Source: an uncultured virus (IMG/VR IMGVR_UViG_3300025871_000007)
Taxonomy: Duplodnaviria > Heunggongvirae > Uroviricota > Caudoviricetes
IMG/VR virus record: IMGVR_UViG_3300025871_000007
Reading direction: 5' to 3' (one strand)
Length of the DNA stretch: 20,000 nucleotides
The position numbers were made by a program, and so were the translations under genes. The notes under the pieces are model-generated. The model ran no database searches and was not told the origin of the DNA. It saw nothing but the letters and a program-made list of their open reading frames with translations. Below, in pieces: positions 8,864-16,237 of the stretch (its first letter is position 1; every line of letters begins with the position of its first letter).

Positions 8864-8874
8864 GTTTATAAGTT

Positions 8875-9075
8875 CTAGTGCAAATACTTTACAGATTCTT
8901 TTTCTATTTTTGCTCTAACAATTTGACATTCTTCTATTTCTAAAGAATAATCATATTTAGAAAATAGAGAAGTAACATTAACATATATCCACCAAAAGAA
9001 ATTTTGTATTCTTGTAGGATAGTATCCTTTATCTAACATATCTTTATAATATTGTAGTTTCTTTTTTATATTCAT
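8875..9075 (-). CDS. Hypothetical protein
   Basis: 66-aa ORF exactly filling the space between arrays C and D; AAGGT upstream. Confidence 0.6.
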   Translation of the reverse strand: MNIKKKLQYYKDMLDKGYYPTRIQNFFWWIYVNVTSLFSKYDYSLEIEECQIVRAKIEKESVKYLH

Positions 9076-9084
9076 ATAATTCTT

Positions 9085-9174
9085 ACCTTAACTGAACTCA
9101 ACTCAACAAAACTCAACAAAACTTAACATAACACAACCCAACACAACTTAACAGAACCGACTACAACATATCAC
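9085..9174 (-). repeat. Pentamer array D (18 units), candidate guide RNA
   Basis: + strand: ACCTT AACTG AACTC AACTC AACAA AACTC AACAA AACTT AACAT AACAC AACCC AACAC AACTT AACAG AACCG ACTAC AACAT ATCAC. Confidence 0.9.
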
Positions 9175-9175
9175 T

Positions 9176-10195
9176 TTATTTCTTTCTAAATAAAGAACTA
9201 GAAGAAATTTCTGGAAATTTAATCTCTTTCTTCTTTTCTTCTTTTCGTTTTTCTACTGCAATCGAAGGAAGAGAAAGATTTTGAATACTATCTTCTTTTT
9301 TAATTTCTTGTCTAATTTTTTCTATTGTAACTTTTGGTATCTCCTTAAATTTTTTGGATAACTTTTCTACTTCTTTTTTATTTTGTTCCACTTCTATTTT
9401 TCTTAATTCAGTTTCTCTTTCTAAAGAAATATCTTCCCAATGTTGCATATCTTCAAATAATTCTTGGGGACGAATATATTCTATAAATTCGTGTTTAATA
9501 GTTTTTTGATCGATATCTACTTGAATTAATGTAGCACCAATATCCACAGGGTTATCAGATCCCATAAATGCTGTTTCCCACTGCCAACAGGGTGTATGAA
9601 TAATTTTCACTCCATCATGCGCCTCATATATTCTATGAAGATGAGAAGCAACAATCATTCCTATTTTTGCAGTGTTAGTTTTATAATATCTTTTAAAAGC
9701 AGCAGTAATTTCAGAAGATGGTGTTTTCCCTTGATGTCTGAAGTTAATACTTGGCATATTATATTTACTTAAGGATAAATTAAATTCCTTTTTATAATGA
9801 TTTCCTTTTACATTATGTAATGTAATTAAATTTTGTGTAATTTGTCTATCTGCATCGAACCCCGTTCCTTTACCTGTATGATATCCTGAACCGCTGCATC
9901 CATAGATTATAGTATTTTTACCTACTAAAGGAGATAATAATTCTACAGCAGAGTTTACTTGATCCTCCATATCAGGAATACAGAGTGTAGTAGCATCTTT
10001 TCCACCAGGACCATCCACTATATCACCATTAAGAATTAGATAATCAGGATATTTATATTTTTGAATAAATTCTTCCCATTTGTTTATTGCCCATAATTGA
10101 TAAGAATTTGTATGTTCATTAAAATACTTTCTAGGCGTTAGACCATAAATAGAACCCACATGAACATCTGCTAAAACTAGTAATTTAATAATCAT
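9176..10195 (-). CDS. Second calcineurin-like metallophosphoesterase with charged coiled-coil tail
   Basis: ADVHVG, NGDIVDG, variant GSGYH in place of GNH, RHQG, SHLH; Lys/Glu-rich C-terminal ~90 aa. Confidence 0.8.
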   Translation of the reverse strand: MIIKLLVLADVHVGSIYGLTPRKYFNEHTNSYQLWAINKWEEFIQKYKYPDYLILNGDIVDGPGGKDATTLCIPDMEDQVNSAVELLSPLVGKNTIIYGCSGSGYHTGKGTGFDADRQITQNLITLHNVKGNHYKKEFNLSLSKYNMPSINFRHQGKTPSSEITAAFKRYYKTNTAKIGMIVASHLHRIYEAHDGVKIIHTPCWQWETAFMGSDNPVDIGATLIQVDIDQKTIKHEFIEYIRPQELFEDMQHWEDISLERETELRKIEVEQNKKEVEKLSKKFKEIPKVTIEKIRQEIKKEDSIQNLSLPSIAVEKRKEEKKKEIKFPEISSSSLFRKK

Positions 10196-10225
10196 ATATA
10201 CTTAAACCTCTTTTTAATATAATTT

Positions 10226-10310
10226 ACCTTAACATAATAAAACGCAGTATAACCCAACAAAACTCAACAAATCTGAACGTAACCCAACGAAACGAAATAT
10301 ACCTTAATAA
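10226..10310 (-). repeat. Pentamer array E (17 units), candidate guide RNA
   Basis: + strand: ACCTT AACAT AATAA AACGC AGTAT AACCC AACAA AACTC AACAA ATCTG AACGT AACCC AACGA AACGA AATAT ACCTT AATAA. Confidence 0.88.
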
Positions 10311-10319
10311 ATATTCTTT

Positions 10320-10538
10320 TCATAATAATCTTCTCCTACATCTATTTAAAACTTTTATAATATTTTGTAAAGATAATTGTTTTAATAATTGATATAAAGC
10401 TTTAGATACATAAATTCTATTTTTATAATACAAACCGTCTATATTTATAGCATATTCTATATTGTTAAAAGAAGAATTTATTAATATAAAAGTGTTTTCT
10501 TTATCTAGATGCATTATTTTATCATGTATTATAATCAC
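10320..10538 (-). CDS. Hypothetical protein, tandem paralogue family member 4
   Basis: Shared motif YVSKALYQLLKQLSLQNIIKVLNRC. Confidence 0.65.
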   Translation of the reverse strand: MIIIHDKIMHLDKENTFILINSSFNNIEYAINIDGLYYKNRIYVSKALYQLLKQLSLQNIIKVLNRCRRRLL

Positions 10539-10861
10539 ATATTGCCTCTTTTCTTCATCAGTTTTGAAGCTTCGTCTTTCATATGTTCTAATATCATTTT
10601 AATTATAGAATCACATTGTGATTGTTTGACTCTATGAATACAAATAGAAGTATCAAAAGATTTTAATCTTCTTTGTTCAAATTCAAATCCAGATATTTCT
10701 TTACATCTTTTTAGAACCTTTAAAATACTTTCGTTTGATAAATTATTACAGATATCATATAGTTCAACGGAAAGATATACACAAGGATATATACTACTCT
10801 GATTTTCATAGTATTCAGAATGTTGTAATAGTAGGCTACTAGTAATACTAAAAGGTTTCAT
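10535..10861 (-). CDS. Hypothetical protein, tandem paralogue family member 3
   Basis: Shared motif YLSVELYDICNNLSNESILKVLKRC. Confidence 0.7.
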   Translation of the reverse strand: MKPFSITSSLLLQHSEYYENQSSIYPCVYLSVELYDICNNLSNESILKVLKRCKEISGFEFEQRRLKSFDTSICIHRVKQSQCDSIIKMILEHMKDEASKLMKKRGNM

Positions 10862-10884
10862 TAGTCATCTTTGTTGTAATACAA

Positions 10885-11418
10885 TTATTTGCTTTTCCAT
10901 CTTTCAAATGTTCTTGTCCAAACTTCATCCGCAATTTTTTGTAATCTACTTTTTTCTTTTCTTTTCTCTGCTTCTTTTTGTAAATCTTTTAAAATTTCTT
11001 CGTCTTCATGCTTTATCATTTCTCTTGTTACTATATCAAATTGTCTTTCAGCAATATCTTTCATAGATATATTAGGCATAGAATTAACAGTAAATGTAGG
11101 AGGATATACTCTTTGTGCACATATACCTGTTGCACCTGTAGAACTCATAGTCCCAATAGGAGTACCTAGCTTTCTTCGGTCATAATCAATTTTATGTATT
11201 TCTGTACATTTCTTTAAAAGATTTGTAATACCTTCTTTATTTAATTTTTTACATATTTTACTTAATTCAGGTGATGTAAGTATAATTGTATGATCATATC
11301 TATCACTATCTATATAATACTCTGAATTCTTTAATAATGTATCAGATATAACAGAAAAGTTATTTCTATCTGTAAGTGTAATATTAGTTAGATGAACACT
11401 AGGTAAATGATATGCCAT
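10885..11418 (-). CDS. Hypothetical protein, tandem paralogue family member 2
   Basis: Shared motif LTSPELSKICKKLNKEGITNLLKKC. Confidence 0.7.
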   Translation of the reverse strand: MAYHLPSVHLTNITLTDRNNFSVISDTLLKNSEYYIDSDRYDHTIILTSPELSKICKKLNKEGITNLLKKCTEIHKIDYDRRKLGTPIGTMSSTGATGICAQRVYPPTFTVNSMPNISMKDIAERQFDIVTREMIKHEDEEILKDLQKEAEKRKEKSRLQKIADEVWTRTFERWKSK

Positions 11419-11423
11419 TTTAA

Positions 11424-11894
11424 TTATACCTTTAACTTCTTAATTTTCTTTTTTGAAACTTTGTTTGATTTAAAAGTATCCCAGAATCCTTTAGAATTAT
11501 TAACACTAGCTGATAACTGTGTATAAAAACCTGTTTGACCTGTTTGATTAGTAGAAACAGTATTTTGTGGAGTATACGAATTTGTAGAAACCCATACAGG
11601 TCCTATCATAGTTGTACCAGAAGCAGATACATTTGCAGGCTTGGTACCTGGAAGAGAAGTCCAGGTACGATTATCAAATATTCTAGATCCAAGAATACTG
11701 GGACTTACCCTGATACACTTTCTTAGCAAGGTCTGCATTCCTTCTTTTGATAAGTGACTACATATATCATATAATTCTTTTGAAAGAAAGATAACACCAT
11801 TATCAAAAATTGATGTAGCATCTATATTAATACAATATTCTTGTTGATATAAATGTTCTGAAATTTCAAGTTTTATTTTAAATGTTATTTCCAT
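11424..11894 (-). CDS. Hypothetical protein, tandem paralogue family member 1
   Basis: Shared motif FLSKELYDICSHLSKEGMQTLLRKC. Confidence 0.7.
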   Translation of the reverse strand: MEITFKIKLEISEHLYQQEYCINIDATSIFDNGVIFLSKELYDICSHLSKEGMQTLLRKCIRVSPSILGSRIFDNRTWTSLPGTKPANVSASGTTMIGPVWVSTNSYTPQNTVSTNQTGQTGFYTQLSASVNNSKGFWDTFKSNKVSKKKIKKLKV

Positions 11895-12451
11895 AATAGT
11901 TCAAGAATATAATAAATTAAATCTACCTGATCATCCGTGAATTTCCATCTTTTATTTATTCTGCTATCAGCCCATTCAAAAGGATTATTTCGTTTCTCCT
12001 CTGACATAGCACACCAATCACAACACATTTCTGCTATATCTAATTCAGTCATATTAGTAGAATCTACTATTTTAGAAGGATTCTTATCACGATCTTCTAT
12101 ATTTATAGTAGAAGAAGAATCAAAGTATTCCGGATGATGACTATTGGTATGAACGTGGTGTTCAGTAGCATCATTCATTTCCTTTCTTTGTGCTTTTGAA
12201 ACTGCACATTCCTTTCCTTCATCTTTATCTTTATATTCCCAAGATATAAGAAGATACGGATCTAGCTCAGGTTCTTTATATTTACTTAAATCGTGATCTT
12301 CACCTCTTTTTGTCATTTCTTTAAAAGTAATAGGATCTATTTCAAATAACTTATTACAGTATTTTTGAACTAATTCTCTATGCAGATCTGTCCTTTTCTG
12401 AAAATATTTTAATAATTCTGATTTATCATTTGGAAACATTATTTTCCTCAT
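11885..12451 (-). CDS. HD-superfamily protein (DUF5662-like)
   Basis: TDLHRELV..HDLSKY..EHHVHTNSHHPEY..EMCCDWCAM. Confidence 0.75.
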   Translation of the reverse strand: MRKIMFPNDKSELLKYFQKRTDLHRELVQKYCNKLFEIDPITFKEMTKRGEDHDLSKYKEPELDPYLLISWEYKDKDEGKECAVSKAQRKEMNDATEHHVHTNSHHPEYFDSSSTINIEDRDKNPSKIVDSTNMTELDIAEMCCDWCAMSEEKRNNPFEWADSRINKRWKFTDDQVDLIYYILELLWK

Positions 12452-12716
12452 TTAAAGAATTTAAAAATGCTGTTAATTTTAATCTTTCTTCTTTTCTTAA
12501 TAATATTTGATCAGACCAGGGTGTTCCTTTTGTTATAATATGCCAGATATGGCGTAATTTAGATCTTAATGGTCTTTTAAAATCATTAACACCTAGATTA
12601 TAAAAAGAGATATAAAGAAATCTATTATCAATCTCTTCATTTACTTCTTCTTCATTTTCAAATTCTAACTGTAGTAATTCTGTATGACAATCACATTCAA
12701 TATATTCTGTTTTCAT
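12426..12716 (-). CDS. Hypothetical phage protein
   Basis: 96-aa ORF, GGAGG RBS, CDCH near the N-terminus, coupled to neighbours. Confidence 0.7.
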   Translation of the reverse strand: MKTEYIECDCHTELLQLEFENEEEVNEEIDNRFLYISFYNLGVNDFKRPLRSKLRHIWHIITKGTPWSDQILLRKEERLKLTAFLNSLNEENNVSK

Positions 12717-13048
12717 TATGTTTTATCCTCCATTCTTCTATATAATTGTTTTGGTCCTTTATACAATCTCCAGAATAAAATAGCCTCAGATTTTACTGCC
12801 TGTTTTTCTGTTAATTTCTCATCTACTATTTTATCGTTATTACGATTAAAAAGCGTAGCCCATTTTTTATAATCTTTTTGATATAATAAATTTCTCGCAG
12901 CCCATGTAAAATCGAACCTATTACAATACTTATCTATAACTGTCCTTGTTAATAATACTTGTTCACCGAAAGCTTTTTTAAATCTATTTAATTCTACTTG
13001 ACAAGCATTTAGATGATTAAGCTGATCATAAGTGATATATTTTTTCAT
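12716..13048 (-). CDS. Hypothetical phage protein
   Basis: 110-aa ORF with GAGGA RBS. Confidence 0.7.
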   Translation of the reverse strand: MKKYITYDQLNHLNACQVELNRFKKAFGEQVLLTRTVIDKYCNRFDFTWAARNLLYQKDYKKWATLFNRNNDKIVDEKLTEKQAVKSEAILFWRLYKGPKQLYRRMEDKT

Positions 13049-13082
13049 ATATTATCCTCTACAAAAATATTTTATATTTTTA

Positions 13083-13286
13083 CTACATACCTTCTCCTGC
13101 ATAAGGTCTTTCACCACAGTTTCTGCATTTTCCATAAATAAATTTATAGCTATGATATCCATGTTTGCAATCTTTTATATCACAATCTGTATAAATATAA
13201 AGTTCTTTTCCAGTATTCGGATCATAACCAGATTGAATTTTTTGTTTCTCCTTTCCACATATTGAACAATATCTAGAATAGATCAT
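13083..13286 (-). CDS. Small Cys/His-rich Zn-binding protein
   Basis: CSICG..CDIKDCKHGYH..CRNCG; RBS AAGGAGG. Confidence 0.7.
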   Translation of the reverse strand: MIYSRYCSICGKEKQKIQSGYDPNTGKELYIYTDCDIKDCKHGYHSYKFIYGKCRNCGERPYAGEGM

Positions 13287-13297
13287 TTCTATCCTCC

Positions 13298-13996
13298 TTA
13301 AAGATAATTAGAACAAAAATATTTTATTAATTTTTTGGTATGTCTATCAAATGCCAAAGGAATTATTTTATATGTATCATAATATTTTAGATAATGCAAT
13401 CCCCAAGTCATATATATTAGATCATAATTGCTTAACCTTACCAAGTTAAGATCTATATGATCTATAAAAACAGCATGCAAATTGTTTTTATCACAATAGC
13501 ATCTAAGTTTTTTAATATAGCTTTTGGAAAAGCTATTACCTATTTGTATATAAATTCTATATATGTTACTTAAATCTTTAAATTGTTTTAATTGTCTTAA
13601 AATAGCTTTTTTTGGATCTAAACCTCCACCATATAAATATACTTTTATAGGTTTAAAAGAAGATTTTGTATAACATCTAATTCCTAATCTTTCTTTCCAA
13701 TGCGGTATATATACTCTAATTTCTCTATTAAATAGTCTAGCACCTAAACCAAAATCATCTATAAATATCAGATGATGTGTTTTTCTATATAACTTATAAG
13801 CTAGAAGGAATGAACATTTCTTTACATCTATATATACTACGTCACCTTGTTTAATCTTAATAGAAGAAATATTATTTTTTGCTATTGCTTTAAAAGAAGG
13901 GTATTTGGCAATGTGATCTAACGCTCTTTTATAATGTCCTGTACCATACCTTTTGCATACAGGAGCATATATATAATATGCATTAAATATTTTCAT
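13298..13996 (-). CDS. Truncated/divergent GT-B fold protein, PseG/SpsG-like
   Basis: GTGHYKRAL, VYID, IFIDD, YGGGLDP, IQIG motifs in the order seen in PseG/SpsG; shorter than typical. Confidence 0.55.
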   Translation of the reverse strand: MKIFNAYYIYAPVCKRYGTGHYKRALDHIAKYPSFKAIAKNNISSIKIKQGDVVYIDVKKCSFLLAYKLYRKTHHLIFIDDFGLGARLFNREIRVYIPHWKERLGIRCYTKSSFKPIKVYLYGGGLDPKKAILRQLKQFKDLSNIYRIYIQIGNSFSKSYIKKLRCYCDKNNLHAVFIDHIDLNLVRLSNYDLIYMTWGLHYLKYYDTYKIIPLAFDRHTKKLIKYFCSNYL

Positions 13997-14625
13997 GCTG
14001 CTATATCCTTTCCTTCTAATTTATAAGTTTTAACTAAATACTTTCTTAAATGTTCAAGTATTCTAACTCTATTTTTTTCTATATAACTAATAGAGATACC
14101 AAGCTTTTGAGAAACTTGAGGATAAGATAATCCTTCTACATGATACGAAAGAATTAATTGTTTATCCTTTTCTGATAGAGTATTTAAAGCAGAATCCAGC
14201 ATTCTCATATCTTCTTCTTTCATGAAATTTTCTTCTAAATCATTTTTAGAATGCTTATCTACATATTCTAGAAAACCAACTATATTACTTTCTATACTTT
14301 CTGTAGAATAAATATGTTCTCCTTCTTCGTTCTTAGATCGAGAAAGAGTACCTTCTTTTCTTAATCCATCTATTATCGCACCAGATAGCCTTTTAGAAGC
14401 ATAAGTGCTAAAAGTATACCCTAATGTAGGATTATATTGTTCTACAGCATGAATTAATCCTATATAAGAATGCGATAGAATAACACTGGGATCTGCAGTA
14501 AAGAACTTTCTTGACATAATCTCTGCAGTCTTTTTTGCTAATTGAATATTATCTACTATCAATTCATTACGAAGATCTATATCTTTTGATTTATAATAAG
14601 CAAACCACTTATCATTTATTGTCAT
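13993..14625 (-). CDS. FliA/WhiG (sigma-28)-like sigma factor
   Basis: LRNELIVDNIQLAKK, IGLIHAVEQYNPTLGYTFSTYASKRLSGAIIDGLR, region 4 LSEKDKQLI..EGLSYPQVSQKLGIS; start at 14625 fits GAGGA RBS better than 14682. Confidence 0.88.
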   Translation of the reverse strand: MTINDKWFAYYKSKDIDLRNELIVDNIQLAKKTAEIMSRKFFTADPSVILSHSYIGLIHAVEQYNPTLGYTFSTYASKRLSGAIIDGLRKEGTLSRSKNEEGEHIYSTESIESNIVGFLEYVDKHSKNDLEENFMKEEDMRMLDSALNTLSEKDKQLILSYHVEGLSYPQVSQKLGISISYIEKNRVRILEHLRKYLVKTYKLEGKDIAA

Positions 14626-14761
14626 CATAATCCTCAAAAAGATTATATTGGATATTAAATTCAACATCATTTTTGGACCCACAAGACGGACAAGTGGAAT
14701 CTTTTATTTTTGAATTCCAACATCTTTCACATTTATTACATCTATAAATATATTCTTCCAT
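14612..14761 (-). CDS. 49-aa zinc-ribbon protein (not in ORF track)
   Basis: MEEYIYRCNKCERCWNSKIKDSTCPSCGSKNDVEFNIQYNLFEDYDDNK; two CxxC pairs. Confidence 0.7.
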   Translation of the reverse strand: MEEYIYRCNKCERCWNSKIKDSTCPSCGSKNDVEFNIQYNLFEDYDDNK

Positions 14762-14764
14762 ATA

Positions 14765-15151
14765 TCATACCTTCTTTTTTGGAAATTGAACTACGCTTGG
14801 TTCTTCTCTGCTTATAATACAATTTTCAAATTTAGCTTGTTCTCTTTTAAACTTTTTAACAAGAGATGCTTTGTCACTTTCTTTTTGATTTTCAAGATAT
14901 TTTGGAACAGCAATTTTCATTTTATTTATAGTGCTATCTCTTTTGGCAAGAGCTCTTTCAAAAGCAATAGATTCACCCAATTTTTCATCATATGTATCAC
15001 CATCAATAATATTAAGCTTGGCGGTACCTACATAAATTCTATCTAGATCATAATCAAGAATCCAGCATTTAGTTCTTGGTCTAGCTGTAAGATAATGTCT
15101 AAAATTAACAAAATAAAGTCTACCATTTACTGTGTATTTAAAGTAATTCAT
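14765..15151 (-). CDS. Hypothetical phage protein
   Basis: GTAKLN..DTYDEKLGESIAFERA resembles a common small phage family; function unknown. Confidence 0.65.
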   Translation of the reverse strand: MNYFKYTVNGRLYFVNFRHYLTARPRTKCWILDYDLDRIYVGTAKLNIIDGDTYDEKLGESIAFERALAKRDSTINKMKIAVPKYLENQKESDKASLVKKFKREQAKFENCIISREEPSVVQFPKKKV

Positions 15152-15402
15152 TTTTCTACCTCTTCCTCTTGTTTTTCTTCTTTTCTTTTAATTATAGGTT
15201 TTCCCCAAATATTAGAATTAATTATTTTCACTAAAAGCTCAAAAATTAATATTGCAGGGCTAATAAGTGCTATAAGAACAAGAATAGCTAATTCACCTAA
15301 AGAGATAAATTCTTTATCTACTAACTCTTTTTTAATCGTATTATATAAATAGACACAGGCACAGATAAACCAAATCAATAAAAATATTTTAAACATATTC
15401 AA
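15148..15402 (-). CDS. Small two-TM membrane protein
   Basis: Two hydrophobic segments, charged C-tail, AAGGAG RBS. Confidence 0.65.
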   Translation of the reverse strand: MNMFKIFLLIWFICACVYLYNTIKKELVDKEFISLGELAILVLIALISPAILIFELLVKIINSNIWGKPIIKRKEEKQEEEVEK

Positions 15403-15429
15403 GCTCCTTAGATTTTAAATTCAAATAAA

Positions 15430-15522
15430 AAAAGTGATCCGATACTTTTAGGGGTGCAGGAGGTCTTTGAGATGAACTAAAAATTGGAGGGTTTTTGTCA
15501 TTTCAAGTATCGGACCACTTTT
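15430..15522. ncRNA. Structured intergenic element (18-bp inverted repeat enclosing SD/anti-SD-like motifs)
   Basis: AAAAGTGATCCGATACTT (15430-15447) pairs with AAGTATCGGACCACTTTT (15505-15522); the single mismatch is a G-U pair on the - strand. Confidence 0.5.
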
Positions 15523-15552
15523 AAATTTATTATATAAATAATAAACTATTTC

Positions 15553-15807
15553 TTATTTACAGCACGCATTACTTCCATCACAATTTGAGGGACCTGTCAT
15601 ACAAGTTTTACCTAAACTTGCACAATCAACTACTGGTTGACAATTGGAAGGCTCTAAACAAACTATAACTTTATCATTGCTATCACAACCCAAAGAAACA
15701 GAACCAGTTACATTAGTAACTAAGAAAAGAGGTATTTCTTTTTCTGCATCACAAGCAGCAAATATAACAAGACAAATTATTACTAAACTCATATAAATTT
15801 TTTTCAT
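15553..15807 (-). CDS. Cys-rich putative lipoprotein
   Basis: MKK + hydrophobic core + FAAC lipobox; eight further Cys. Confidence 0.7.
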   Translation of the reverse strand: MKKIYMSLVIICLVIFAACDAEKEIPLFLVTNVTGSVSLGCDSNDKVIVCLEPSNCQPVVDCASLGKTCMTGPSNCDGSNACCK

Positions 15808-15808
15808 T

Positions 15809-16237
15809 TTATTTAAATCTCCTCGATTGATTTGCTAGTAATTTATGCCAAAATTTTGTTGGAAGAAATATATTTTCTATTGTAGCTGCTTCTTGAAACA
15901 ATGGAGATATATCCTTATGTGAGTGCCCTGCTAATCCACAACCTATTTCTGTTACTAAGAAAATATTTTCTGGATGTTGCTTTGCATATTGTATAAATCT
16001 ATCAACATATACTTTAATCTTCTCAATAGTCAGTTTATTAGAGATAGAAGCATTTACTGTAGGAATACCATATGTTCTACCTTGAATACCCTCACCTTGA
16101 CCATATTTAGCACCCCAAGACATAGCAGTTTTAGCAGCACCCTTTCCATGTCTACCAGAAATGTTAGAACCAAATACAAATATTTGATTAGGTTCTAGAG
16201 AAATTATATTATTGGGTGTTGTTCTATCCATATACAT
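15809..16237 (-). CDS. Macro-domain-like phage protein (A1S_2505-like family)
   Basis: IFVFGSNISGRHGKGAA..GRTYGIPT..FLVTEIGCGLAG. Confidence 0.8.
   Translation of the reverse strand: MYMDRTTPNNIISLEPNQIFVFGSNISGRHGKGAAKTAMSWGAKYGQGEGIQGRTYGIPTVNASISNKLTIEKIKVYVDRFIQYAKQHPENIFLVTEIGCGLAGHSHKDISPLFQEAATIENIFLPTKFWHKLLANQSRRFK

Noticed and set aside
8677..8871. + strand 64-aa ORF with TQRNATQ repeats
   Set aside because: Peptide repeats are a by-product of translating pentamer array C; antisense to the operon and overlapping the RAMP-like gene.
7700..10310. Classical CRISPR array or simple microsatellite
   Set aside because: No 25-45 bp repeats with spacers; units vary systematically at two of five positions and tract lengths are uniform, unlike slippage microsatellites.
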